A stretch of DNA of 64,000 nt from Bryobacteraceae bacterium (GCA_049510065.1 JBEKZH010000010.1:17653-81652); one strand, 5' to 3'. Counted from the stretch's first letter, positions 18,745 through 28,347 are shown. Made by a program: numbers and translations. The notes: generated by a model from the sequence alone, not told the origin.

Positions 18745-19575
18745 TTAGAGGCTGCCCCGGAGTTTCCGCCACGCCAAAATGCCCAGCAGACAGCCGAGGC
18801 TCACCAGTCCCGAGGACCCCGGCTCGGGGACGCTGGCGGCGCTGCTGCTGCATCCGCTTACGTTCGTGGTGCCTGCCAGGGTGTTCGCCGTCTCCGCGAA
18901 CACACAGCCGTCGATCGTGCCCGCAAGCACCCCACTTCCCCCCGACGCGGCGGACATGGTGAAGCTTTGTCCCGCCAGGATGTTTCCGTCCCAGGTGATA
19001 GGTGGGGAGCTTCCGACGCTGATCGTGGCGATGGTTCCGACGATCCAGAAGATGTTATCCGCTTGCGCCTGGTGTGTCAGGTTGAATGTTAAAGCACCGT
19101 TCTCGGTGAAGGCCCCGTCAGTCCTGATAACGAAAATCTCATTCGGGTCATCCTGGGCATCGAAGGTCAAAGTAATGCCCGTGGTTGTCGAGATGTTGGT
19201 CTGCGTAAACGTGTACACATTGTTGCCGATGAACGTACGGTCCAACGTTAGATCGGCGTACGACTGCGTGGATGCCATAAGCTCGGCGGCGTTGAACGCG
19301 CTTACGAAGTCGGTGTACGCGTTGTTAGAGAGCGTGTTACCCGGCGTAATAACGCTGCCGCCGACTGTGGTTCCCGTCGGGTTGAAGCCTGAAATCGTGC
19401 CCGCTGCATCTTTGACCCCAACATTGCCGGTGACCACAGAGGTCCCGGTATTCGAAATCGTGCCGCCGAGGAGCCCGAAAGAGCTGGAGGTGTTCAGATT
19501 CACGAAGATCGGACTTCCCAAGGCAGGCACGACAGCCGCTACAGCCATCACCAGCCAAATCAATCTCTCTCGCAT
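18745..19575 (-). CDS. DUF3494 (ice-binding-like fold) protein with PEP-CTERM sorting signal
   Basis: Start at the ATG at 19575 (GGAGGA upstream). Signal peptide, Thr/Gly/Asn-rich beta-solenoid-like repeats, and the C-terminus VPEPGSSGLVSLGCLLGILAWRKLRGSL (PEP motif + TM + basic). Confidence 0.8.
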   Translation of the reverse strand: MRERLIWLVMAVAAVVPALGSPIFVNLNTSSSFGLLGGTISNTGTSVVTGNVGVKDAAGTISGFNPTGTTVGGSVITPGNTLSNNAYTDFVSAFNAAELMASTQSYADLTLDRTFIGNNVYTFTQTNISTTTGITLTFDAQDDPNEIFVIRTDGAFTENGALTFNLTHQAQADNIFWIVGTIATISVGSSPPITWDGNILAGQSFTMSAASGGSGVLAGTIDGCVFAETANTLAGTTNVSGCSSSAASVPEPGSSGLVSLGCLLGILAWRKLRGSL

Positions 19576-20148
19576 TTTTCCTCCGTTCACCCTCAGGGTT
19601 TCCGCTTCGGAACACTGCAAGGATTTCATAGGGATTTCCCACCCACCACCACGAAGCCGTCTTCCCGGCTCCAGCGGTGCGCCTGGCGATCCGGGGATTG
19701 TTGGCACCGAGCGCCGGGACCGGTGCCTCGCCTGGCCAGCGTCAGCATCTCGACCATCCCACTGGCGCACCCGCTGGCCGAAACGGCCAGCCGCAATCTG
19801 GTAGGGTTTCTTTAGCGACTCTCATTGCAATGCCCCAAAAAACATCGCCCAGGGGCTGCCACGCCTCTGGGCGAGAGTCGCAACGATTTCAGTCGGAATC
19901 TTCAGCGCACCCTTGCCGCCGGGGGGCAGAGTGGCTGCTTCCAGGTCATTTGCCGCCTTGCTCCAGGACAGCTTCGATCCGGGATTCGGGCGTTCTCTGC
20001 GCTGAGAGGCCACGAATTACTTCTACCCCCCTCTGGTCAATGAGGGATTTGACAGGGAAACCCTGTGCCCCGTACGACTCCCGGCGGAGTCGCCGTCGCT
20101 TCGCACAGAAATGAACCCGCAATGCTGCCCATCAAACAGGGCAGGATC

Positions 20149-20796
20149 TTACGTCAGTTTCCGCCGGAGCAGCGCGAGGCCCAGGAGGCCGCCGCCCAGC
20201 AGAGCGAACGTGGTCGGCTCCGGTACGTTGGTCTCGGTGAAGCTGCTCGAGATCTTCTGCAACTGGTTGCCAGTTCCGGTCTGCGTGAAGGTTGTGCTCA
20301 CGGTGGTCACAAACGGGATCGTAACCTGGCCGCTAAGACCGGCTGGAGTGAGCCCGTTCACGAGAATCGTGCCACCCGGGCTGTGGGTGAAACTACCGGC
20401 CACTTGATTCGGCGTCGGCGGGGTGAAAATCTGATCCAACGTGTTTACGATCACGCACTGCGGGCAGATCGAGGTGTCAACCGAAGTGATGAAAGTCAAA
20501 ACAACGTTCGTCAAAAGCGAGGGATCGCTATCGCCGAACTGAATCGTCGCGCCATTCGGAATCGCACCGTTGGAGTTGAAAGATACTGTGATGTTCACCG
20601 GCGTATCACTTCCGGAATACGTGAAACCCGAAAAGATCTTGTCCGAGATCTCGCAACCAGCAGCATCCGCCCCCCCGACCAGGAGCATGTCCAGCGTAAC
20701 GGTTCCCAGAGCTGTACAATTTGCCACCGTGGCGGCGTACGACGGTATGATCGCCGCAAACACAACTGCGGCAAGTAGTAGAATCCGCGTCTTCAA
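20149..20796 (-). CDS. PEP-CTERM sorting-domain protein
   Basis: Signal peptide MKTRILLLAAVVFAAIIPSYA and the C-terminus VPEPTTFALLGGGLLGLALLRRKLT. Confidence 0.8.
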   Translation of the reverse strand: MKTRILLLAAVVFAAIIPSYAATVANCTALGTVTLDMLLVGGADAAGCEISDKIFSGFTYSGSDTPVNITVSFNSNGAIPNGATIQFGDSDPSLLTNVVLTFITSVDTSICPQCVIVNTLDQIFTPPTPNQVAGSFTHSPGGTILVNGLTPAGLSGQVTIPFVTTVSTTFTQTGTGNQLQKISSSFTETNVPEPTTFALLGGGLLGLALLRRKLT

Positions 20797-21537
20797 GTCT
20801 GTCCCCCTCTTTGCGTGAGAAGTTCGCTCTTCTCACGACACATCCTTAACACTGCACAACTACAAACGCGCTCGTCCCTGCTTGAGTCTAAGGCCCTAAG
20901 GCCCTTCTACTATACCCCCAGGTCCATCAGGAGTCAACGGATAAGTTTGCACGGTTTGCACGGTTGTCAAGCCTCGTTATAGATGTCCCCATGCTCACCT
21001 CGCGTGGCCCGCTTTGCTGGGAAAAGGCGGCAGAAGAAGAGCATGCGCAGGTCCAAACCGGCCGCAATCGGCGCCTCATCGCTCCCATCCGGCTCACGCC
21101 GTCGGATTCGTTGGGAGCGATTCGTCTGACGAACAGCACCGCTACCCCGCTAAACTGTTGACCGTGAACGGTCACACCACCTGGTAGGTCAACTGGAAGA
21201 CTCGGAACACCGCGCTGTATCCACGCCGAATGGAAGAGTGCGGGGCGTCTTCCTCTTGCCGAAGTGCTGGCGAACAACCGGCCTGCGGGCGGGATGGCGG
21301 GATGCCACGGCAAAACCTGCACTTTCCGTGGCAGAAAGTGCATTTGCCACAGCCGGATCGATGTTCTGCGAGCGTCGCCGGTAGCCCGGCGCGCTGCCGA
21401 AGTCTCTTCACAACTCCCTTTGCCTGCACGGTTGCAGGTTTGGCCCTGGCGGCCTCTCGTCCAGCGGCCGGAGATGGTGCCAACCGTGCACTAGCAAAGC
21501 AGTCGCAACGAATACCCGCGACAGAAGAGGCAAACAA

Positions 21538-22212
21538 ATGAAACTAGTGATCGTGGCCGGTTTGGCCCTCACAACGTCGTTGCTGGCGAGCGACAGGGAG
21601 CCTGCCAAGCGGTTGGGCGAGGCTGCGTCGGTTTTCTCGGAGGTAATGGCCGCACCCGACAAGGGGATTCCGCAGGAACTGCTGGAGAAAGCGCACTGCA
21701 TCGTCATTGTGCCAGGGCTCAAGACGGCGGCTTTCATAGGCGGCGGTAAGTACGGGAAGGGGTATCTGTCCTGCCGCAACAAGGGCGGCTCTGGCTGGTC
21801 GGCGCCCGCCACGGTTCGCATCGAAGGCGGCAGCGTTGGTTTTCAGATCGGTGGCTCTACCACGGATCTGATCATGCTGGTCATGAACGAACGCGGAGTG
21901 GACAAGCTGCTTTCGAGTAAGTTCACTCTGGGTGCCGAAGGCTCGGTTGCAGCCGGTCCCGTTGGACGGACGGCGACAGCCCAGACCGACGCCCAAATGC
22001 ACGCGGAGATTCTTTCGTGGTCGCGGTCCCAGGGCCTGTTTGCCGGTCTTGCTCTGGAAGGAGCCACCCTGCGAGAGGATCTGGATGACAACGCCACACT
22101 CTACGGCAACAGACTGGAGAACCGGGACATAGTGACCGGTGGCAGGCGTGCGCCCAAGTCGGCCGCTCGCCTGATGGATCTGCTCAACAAGTACCCGGCG
22201 CGAGAGCGCTAG
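21538..22212 (+). CDS. SYLF (DUF500/Ysc84-like) lipid-binding domain protein
   Basis: Signal/lipoprotein-like N-terminus. Carries the family hallmarks GIPQELLEKAHCIVIVPGLKTAAFIGGGKYGKG and SVGFQIGG...GAEGSVAAGPVGR. Confidence 0.8.
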   Translation: MKLVIVAGLALTTSLLASDREPAKRLGEAASVFSEVMAAPDKGIPQELLEKAHCIVIVPGLKTAAFIGGGKYGKGYLSCRNKGGSGWSAPATVRIEGGSVGFQIGGSTTDLIMLVMNERGVDKLLSSKFTLGAEGSVAAGPVGRTATAQTDAQMHAEILSWSRSQGLFAGLALEGATLREDLDDNATLYGNRLENRDIVTGGRRAPKSAARLMDLLNKYPARER

Positions 22213-22241
22213 GCGAGTGGGTAAAGAACAGTAAGGACAAG

Positions 22242-24293
22242 ATGAAGCTCATCAGCGCGTTTCTGACGGTATGCGGACTGTTGGCGGCTCAGGCGTCGCA
22301 GGCTCCGAACCCGGTTCAGCACTCAACCGGGAATGCGGCCGGGATGGCCGCTGGCTCGATGCCTGTCTATCACGTCACTGTGATAGCCCGGACCACGAAG
22401 GCAATCAACTACAATCACCGCAGCGGATCCACGAAGATCGATTTCCGCGGAACGGCGCTCTTGCCGGAGGCCCGCGGAGAGGCCACGGTGGAGAGCAAGC
22501 AGGGCGTCATCAAGATCGACGCGCGCATGGAGAAACTGCAGCCAGCCACCAGGTTCGGTCCCGAGTACCTGACCTATGTGATGTGGGCCATCACCCCCGA
22601 GGGTCGTGCCACCAACGTTGGCGAAGTGCTCCTGAATGGCGACAAGACCAAGCTGAATGCCACCACGGAGTTGCAATCGTTCGGCTTGATTGTAACTGCC
22701 GAACCCTATTTCGCGGTGACTCAACCCAGCGACGTCGTGGTCATGGAGAATTTCGTCAGGCACGATACAGTCGGAACGATTGAAGAGGTCGACGCGAAGT
22801 ACGAGCTCTTACAGCGGGGCCAATACACCTTGAACGTGAACCCAGTCGAGATCAAGCCCATGCGGCGGAACTCGAAGGTCCCGTTGGAGCTCTACGAGGC
22901 ACGAAATGCCGTCCGGATTGCACGCTGGACCGGCGCTCAGAGGTATGCCACCGATACGTTCCAAAAGGCCGTCGACGACCTGGCGAATGCTGAGGGCTAT
23001 CTGAAGGGTAAGGCGGGAAGGAAGCCCATTGGCACCGTGGCGCGCGAGGCCGTTCAAATGGCCGAAGATGCCCGCATCATCACGATAAAGAAGATCGATG
23101 CGGAGCAACTGGCCAACGAGCGCCAGGCTGGAGCAGATCGTGAGGCACTCGCCGAAAGCGGACGTGCTGCGGCACAAGCCGACACCGCGCGTGTTGCACG
23201 GGACGCGGAAACGGCGCAGGTTGCCGCGCAGTCTGAAGCGGACCGCTTGAAGCGGGAGAACGCCGCGAAGATGGAGGCTGCTCAGAATGAAGCGGATCGT
23301 GCAAAGCGTGACAACGCAACACAGATGGCCGCTACGCAGACCGAAGCCGATCGCTTGAAACGCGAGAACGACGCCAAAGCGGCCGCCGCTCAGACCGAAG
23401 CGGACCGGCTGAAAAAGGACACTGCAACACAGATCGCCGCTACCCAGACCGAAGCCGATCGCTTGAAACGCGAGAACGACGCCAAAGCGGCCGCCGCTCA
23501 GACCGAAGCGGACCAGCTGAAAAAGGACAACGCGGCACGGATGGCCGCCACGCAGACCGAAGCCGATCGCTTGAAACGCGAGAACGACGCCAAAACGGCC
23601 GCCGCTCAGACCGAAGCGGACCGGCTGAAAAAGGACACTGCGGCACAGATGGCCGCCACGCAGACCGAAGCCGATCGCTTGAAACGCGAGAACGACGCCA
23701 AAACGGCCGCCGCTCGGACCGAAGCGGACCGGCTGAAAAAGGACAACGATGCGCAGACGGCTGCCGCGCAGGGCGAAGCCGATCGTCTGAAACGCGAGAA
23801 CGACGCGCAACGGGCTGGTGCCCAGGCCGACCTTGATCGCGCGGCCGCGGAGAAGGCGGAATTGCGAGCTCAGCTACTGAGCCAGTTCAACGCCATCCTG
23901 CAGACTCGCGACACACCGCGTGGTTTGGTCGTGAACGTGTCGGATGTTCTTTTCGACACGGGCAAGCATTCGTTGCGGCCTCTCGCGCGCGAGAAACTGG
24001 CGAAGGTGGCCGGCATCGTCTCGGGGCATCCCGGTCTGAGGCTGGATGTAGAAGGTCACACTGACAGCGTCGGCGGCGACGAGTACAACCAGCGGCTCTC
24101 CGAACAGCGCGGAGAGACCGTACGGGATTACCTGACCCAGGAGGGAATGGCGGCGAGTTCAGTCACGACGAGAGGCTTCGGCAAGACTCAACCGGTGGCT
24201 TCCAATAACACCGCGGAGGGCCGGCAGCAGAATCGACGGGTGGAACTGGTGATCTCCGGCGAAGTGATCGGCACATCGATCACAGCCAGGTAA
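22242..24293 (+). CDS. OmpA-family protein with long coiled-coil tandem-repeat region
   Basis: Signal peptide, an N-terminal domain, ~200 aa of TEADRLKRENDAKAAAAQ / TEADRLKKDTATQIAATQ repeats, and a C-terminal OmpA_C domain (LFDTGKHSLRP...VEGHTDSVGGDEYNQRLSEQRGETVRDYL...NRRVELV). Confidence 0.9.
   Translation: MKLISAFLTVCGLLAAQASQAPNPVQHSTGNAAGMAAGSMPVYHVTVIARTTKAINYNHRSGSTKIDFRGTALLPEARGEATVESKQGVIKIDARMEKLQPATRFGPEYLTYVMWAITPEGRATNVGEVLLNGDKTKLNATTELQSFGLIVTAEPYFAVTQPSDVVVMENFVRHDTVGTIEEVDAKYELLQRGQYTLNVNPVEIKPMRRNSKVPLELYEARNAVRIARWTGAQRYATDTFQKAVDDLANAEGYLKGKAGRKPIGTVAREAVQMAEDARIITIKKIDAEQLANERQAGADREALAESGRAAAQADTARVARDAETAQVAAQSEADRLKRENAAKMEAAQNEADRAKRDNATQMAATQTEADRLKRENDAKAAAAQTEADRLKKDTATQIAATQTEADRLKRENDAKAAAAQTEADQLKKDNAARMAATQTEADRLKRENDAKTAAAQTEADRLKKDTAAQMAATQTEADRLKRENDAKTAAARTEADRLKKDNDAQTAAAQGEADRLKRENDAQRAGAQADLDRAAAEKAELRAQLLSQFNAILQTRDTPRGLVVNVSDVLFDTGKHSLRPLAREKLAKVAGIVSGHPGLRLDVEGHTDSVGGDEYNQRLSEQRGETVRDYLTQEGMAASSVTTRGFGKTQPVASNNTAEGRQQNRRVELVISGEVIGTSITAR
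23232..23824 (+). repeat. In-frame tandem repeat array (54-nt unit, alternating pair = 108 nt, ~11 units) inside the OmpA gene
   Basis: Near-identical DNA blocks such as CAGACCGAAGCCGATCGCTTGAAACGCGAGAACGACGCCAAA(A/G)CGGCCGCCGCTCAGACCGAAGCGGACC(G/A)GCTGAAAAAGGAC recur along 23.3-23.8 kb. Confidence 0.85.
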
Positions 24294-24364
24294 TCGGAGG
24301 GTGACGCGATGCGAGGGCCGGCGCGCCGCTGGCGGGCCCCCGCAGCCACGGTTTCAGCGGCCTC

Positions 24365-25156
24365 GTGGAGGAATCCCATGATCAACGTGTGGATCATCGT
24401 ACCGGCTGTTCTCGCCCTCTACTTGTTGGCTTCCATCAAATTCTCAGGGAATACGAACGGGGCGTAGTGTTCCGGCTGGGCCGCGTCCTGCCACAGGCCA
24501 AAGGACCGGGCATCGTGCTGGTCTTCGCGCCGATTGACCGGATGGTGCGGATGTCACTGCGCATCGAGGCGTTGGAAGTGCCTGCCCAGGACGTGGTGAC
24601 GCGCGACAACGTGACCGTGAAGGTCAACGCGGTGATTTTCTTTCGTGTAATCGATCCGCGCCTCGCCGTGCTCGAAGTCTCCAATTTCCTGTACGCAACC
24701 TCGCAACTGGCGCAGACCACCCTGCGCAGCGTTTTGGGCGAAGCGGAGCTCGACGAACTATTGAGCCAGCGTGGCAAACTGAATCTGCGCTTGCAGTCGA
24801 TCCTGGATCAGCACACGGCGTCATGGGGCATGAAAGTCACGCTGGTTGAGGTGAAGCAGGTGGAGTTGGCCGAGCAGATGATTCGCGCCATCGCCCGGCA
24901 GGCCGAAGCCGAACGCGAGCGTCGCGCAAAAGTCATCCATGCCGAGGGTGAATACCTGGCCGCGGAGAAACTGGCGATGGCTGCCGCCGTCATCCAGCAG
25001 CAGCCGGCGGCGATCCAGTTGCGTTACCTGCAAACCCTTGTGGAGATCGGATCCGAGCACAACACGACCATTGTCTTTCCGCTCCCGATCGATCTCATCA
25101 CTTCCATGACGCAGATGCTGAATGGCTCGAAGAAGACCGGAGCGACTGTCTCGTAG
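24365..25156 (+). CDS. SPFH/Band-7 (stomatin/slipin-like) protein; N-terminal TM helix lies in a different frame (see findings)
   Basis: [13 protein letters not shown]...[18 protein letters not shown]...[12 protein letters not shown] is typical stomatin. The body frame opens only at GTG 24365. An SD-preceded ATG at 24378 encodes [21 protein letters not shown] in the +1 frame. Confidence 0.8.
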   Translation: MEESHDQRVDHRTGCSRPLLVGFHQILREYERGVVFRLGRVLPQAKGPGIVLVFAPIDRMVRMSLRIEALEVPAQDVVTRDNVTVKVNAVIFFRVIDPRLAVLEVSNFLYATSQLAQTTLRSVLGEAELDELLSQRGKLNLRLQSILDQHTASWGMKVTLVEVKQVELAEQMIRAIARQAEAERERRAKVIHAEGEYLAAEKLAMAAAVIQQQPAAIQLRYLQTLVEIGSEHNTTIVFPLPIDLITSMTQMLNGSKKTGATVS

Positions 25157-25372
25157 CGATTTCTTTGCGCTCTCCGTTCCTTGCCTTCCCAGGCCTGGAA
25201 AGAACTGCCGCGCACTCGCCTGCCCTCGCCCGCCGGAGACTTCCCGATCCTGCTCGACTTGACCGAACCAGTCGGGTTTACCGGCGGTGAGGGTGATCGC
25301 AAAGGACAGCAGGAGAGGTATCAGGTGGTCGGTTTCATGGTCACCTTCTACCATATAACCGCAAAGGTCGCT

Positions 25373-25474
25373 CGGCTAATTCGGGGACGGGCGACGAATT
25401 CCCGCACCGGGATGCCCATTGCAAACAACTCACCGTATGCCGTGGAATTTCGTTGCCCGTCCCCGAATTAGCCG
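25373..25474. repeat. ~101-bp palindromic MITE/RPE-like element, family 'AATTCGGGGACGGG' (copy 1)
   Basis: CGGCTAATTCGGGGACGGGCGACGAATTCC...GGAATTTCGTTGCCCGTCCCCGAATTAGCCG. About 20-bp terminal inverted repeats plus inner complementarity. Located between convergent genes. Confidence 0.8.
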
Positions 25475-25498
25475 CGCAGTTACCTCCGCCCAATAACA

Positions 25499-28315
25499 TC
25501 AACGGGCCAATTGGACCTCCTGTTGCTCGCCCCGGTACGAAACCACCTTGTCCGGGTTGGCCGTAACCTCCACCCCAGCGCCACGGCCTTTCCCCACAAC
25601 GACGACACGAAAAGTCCGCGCCTTCAACATGCCCGGGAAAGTTCCCTTTCTGGCATCGATTCTGAGCTGGCGTTTCGCGTCATCCCAGTGAAACGCAATC
25701 GTTGCATAGACGCCCTTTTCGTAGTTGTAGTTGTCGTTTTCGTCCTCATACAGCGTGAAGCTGCCGTCGGCGCCGGGATAGATGCGCAACTCAATGGGGT
25801 CGGCCGGTTTCTCCGTGGAGTATTGAACGAATGGGCCCATCGGCAGGATGGACCCTGCCTTCACCATGAGCGGCATCTTGTCGATGGGAGCATCCGCGAC
25901 GACGCTCCTGCCGCCGGTGAGCGTTTCTCCCGTCCAGAAATCGATCCACTGATTCCCGGCCGGCAGATAAACCGTTCTTGTTTTCTGCCTTGGCTCGTAA
26001 ACCACCTCCCTGGCGTGAATTTCCGGAGTCTTCCAGTACATCTGAGCCCTGAACGCGCCCAAAACCGCGTTGGAGGTCTCAAACGCGAAGTCATATTCTT
26101 TTCCGGCCTCCAGTTCCACGGGAATGGTCCAGGACTCCATCGAGTCGTAGTTGTGAGGCAGTTCCTTGCCGTCCAGGTACACCCGTCTCGGCCCGAAACT
26201 CTTCATGTTGAAGCGATGTGTTCCGGTTTGCGTCGGAATCAGTTTACCTTCCCATCGCATCGAGAACTTCGGATTAGTAATAAACCTAGGCCAGCCCGTG
26301 TACCAATACAAGTTGATATCCGGCTCCACGCCTTCGTGACACAGCGTCTTGAACTCCGCATCGCAATAGTATCTGGCGGTCAGGCCCGGCTTTCCGTCTT
26401 TCGTCCTGAAGTTCCCGGGCGCAATGGGAATGCTGCCCTCCGGCGGCCGATGGTACATGTACTCGGTCACCGGGGAGACCATGATCGCGGGGCCGAACAT
26501 GAACTGATCGTCGATGGAATACGTCTTCCGGTCGCGCGCGAAATCCATCGGCAGGCCGCGCATGATCGAATACCCATCGTGGGTGACCTGCCAGCCCAGT
26601 GAATAGATGTAGGGCAGCAGCCGGTATCGCAGGTTGTCGAACTTCACGAGCACGTCGCTGTATTCGCCGAACTCCCAAATCTCGCGTGGAGTCTCCGAGC
26701 CATGTGACCGGAAAATGGGAGCGAAAGCCCCAAACTGAAACATCCGGGTGTACAGTTCCTGATACGCCGGATCCTTGCCGCCGTTCATGAAGACTCCGCC
26801 CTGGCACCCCAACGAATAGGCGCCGATGTCGAATGTCCAATAAGGAATGCCGGCCATGCTGTGATTGATGCCGGCGGGTATCTGTTTCCTGAAAACTCCC
26901 CAATCCGCGCCGATGTCTCCCGACCACGTTGTTGCCGCGGCCCGCTGCTGGCCGGCGAAGGTCGACCGTGTGAGAATGTACACGCGCTTCCGATCGGTCT
27001 CCTTCCGCTGGTTCTTATACAGGGCTTCCGTGACTACCAGCGAGTAAGGATTGAGGTATCTGGCGAAAGAGCCGAGATGATTGTTCTCCACCCGCTTCAT
27101 CTCATACTCCTCGGACTCCTTGGTGAGCGCGTTGACGATGTCGGGCTCGGTCGAGTCCATCCACCATGCGTCAATTCCCTTGGAGAATAAGCCCTTGTTC
27201 GCGTATTGCCAATACAAATCGTTCGCCGCCGGATTGTACGCATCGTAATACTTGAAGCCGGCCCAGCCCACCGGCGAATACAAATACCCGCGGCGTTCCA
27301 TATCCTGGTAAATCGGCGAAGCGGGTCCGAGCCCGGCCCAGATGGAAATCATGATGTGGAAATTCTGCTGGTGAAGCAGATCGATCATTTCCTTCGCGCG
27401 GGGGTACGTCTTTTCGTCGAAGAACATACCGCCCCACTTGTCATTCCCGCCCCAGTAATTCCAGTCCTGGACGATGTTGTCGATCGGAATCCGCCGCTTG
27501 CGGTATTCCTGCGCGATGCCCAGCAGTTCGTCGCGGGTCGCGTAATGCTCCTTGCTCTGCCAATAGCCGTAAGCCCACTTTCCGTACATCGGAGCCTGTC
27601 CCGTGAGCTGCCGGTATCCGGCGATGACCTGATCCATCGACGGTCCAAAGACAAAGTAGTAATCGATGTTATCGGCCACTTCGGACCAGAGCGACATCGC
27701 TTCCCGATTGTCGGTGAAAATCGTCTTGGAATAGTTGTCCCAGAAGATGCCATATCCTGCGGTCGAAATCAGGAAAGGTGTGACCGCATCGGTATTGGAC
27801 TGCACCAGCTTCACCGTGCGCCCGCGATAGTTCATGTAACCGGACTGATGCTGCCCAAGCCCGTACACCCCTTCCTCCGGCGTCAGCTTGAAATCCTGCT
27901 GAACGTTGAAGGCGGCCTTTTCATGCTCGATTTGAGCCGGAGCGAAAATGGCCTTCCCCCGCTCTTCGAGAACAGTCCGGTTGTCGCTGGCGAGATACCG
28001 AATCGCCCCATCGCTCTTGCTCACCTGTAGGGCGATCCGGCCTGAACTCAGCGTGATCGCCGCCGCGCTCTCTTGAAAACGCACGCTGAGATCCGGCACA
28101 TCCTTCTGAATAACGGAAAGGCTGGCCTTCTCGGAAATGCCGCCGGCCGGCCACTTCACGACGCGAACCGTGCCCTCCGAATAGAACTGCACTTTGACGT
28201 TCAGATCGCCGGCGGTCAGTTGAACGCCATTCCGGATGCGCCGAATGTCCTGCGCGTTCGGACAGGAGACTAAACAGAGTCCCGTCGCAAGGAGGGCGAG
28301 AGTCGAGAGTTTCAT
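25499..28315 (-). CDS. Glycoside hydrolase family 31 enzyme (alpha-glucosidase/alpha-xylosidase type) with PA14 insertion
   Basis: Start at the ATG at 28315 (lipoprotein-like MKLSTLALLATGLCLVSC). The GH31 catalytic context KGIDAWWMDSTEPD is present, with a PA14-like segment (GLTARYYCDAEF...). The longer ORF extension is not protein-like. Confidence 0.85.
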   Translation of the reverse strand: MKLSTLALLATGLCLVSCPNAQDIRRIRNGVQLTAGDLNVKVQFYSEGTVRVVKWPAGGISEKASLSVIQKDVPDLSVRFQESAAAITLSSGRIALQVSKSDGAIRYLASDNRTVLEERGKAIFAPAQIEHEKAAFNVQQDFKLTPEEGVYGLGQHQSGYMNYRGRTVKLVQSNTDAVTPFLISTAGYGIFWDNYSKTIFTDNREAMSLWSEVADNIDYYFVFGPSMDQVIAGYRQLTGQAPMYGKWAYGYWQSKEHYATRDELLGIAQEYRKRRIPIDNIVQDWNYWGGNDKWGGMFFDEKTYPRAKEMIDLLHQQNFHIMISIWAGLGPASPIYQDMERRGYLYSPVGWAGFKYYDAYNPAANDLYWQYANKGLFSKGIDAWWMDSTEPDIVNALTKESEEYEMKRVENNHLGSFARYLNPYSLVVTEALYKNQRKETDRKRVYILTRSTFAGQQRAAATTWSGDIGADWGVFRKQIPAGINHSMAGIPYWTFDIGAYSLGCQGGVFMNGGKDPAYQELYTRMFQFGAFAPIFRSHGSETPREIWEFGEYSDVLVKFDNLRYRLLPYIYSLGWQVTHDGYSIMRGLPMDFARDRKTYSIDDQFMFGPAIMVSPVTEYMYHRPPEGSIPIAPGNFRTKDGKPGLTARYYCDAEFKTLCHEGVEPDINLYWYTGWPRFITNPKFSMRWEGKLIPTQTGTHRFNMKSFGPRRVYLDGKELPHNYDSMESWTIPVELEAGKEYDFAFETSNAVLGAFRAQMYWKTPEIHAREVVYEPRQKTRTVYLPAGNQWIDFWTGETLTGGRSVVADAPIDKMPLMVKAGSILPMGPFVQYSTEKPADPIELRIYPGADGSFTLYEDENDNYNYEKGVYATIAFHWDDAKRQLRIDARKGTFPGMLKARTFRVVVVGKGRGAGVEVTANPDKVVSYRGEQQEVQLAR

Positions 28316-28347
28316 GGGAACTACAGCCAGTATACCGGTGGCCCGGC

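Noticed and set aside
18779-19804. 341-aa ORF on the + strand exactly mirroring the 341-aa - strand ORF
   Set aside because: This is an antisense shadow ORF typical of high-GC DNA. Its sequence is Pro/Arg/Ser-rich with no signal or domain logic. The - strand product, by contrast, has a signal peptide, a DUF3494-like body and a PEP-CTERM tail.
23232-23824. Regularly spaced near-identical repeats that could superficially look like a CRISPR array
   Set aside because: The repeats are contiguous with no unique spacers. They are in frame within a long ORF and encode a coiled coil. No cas genes or leader are present.
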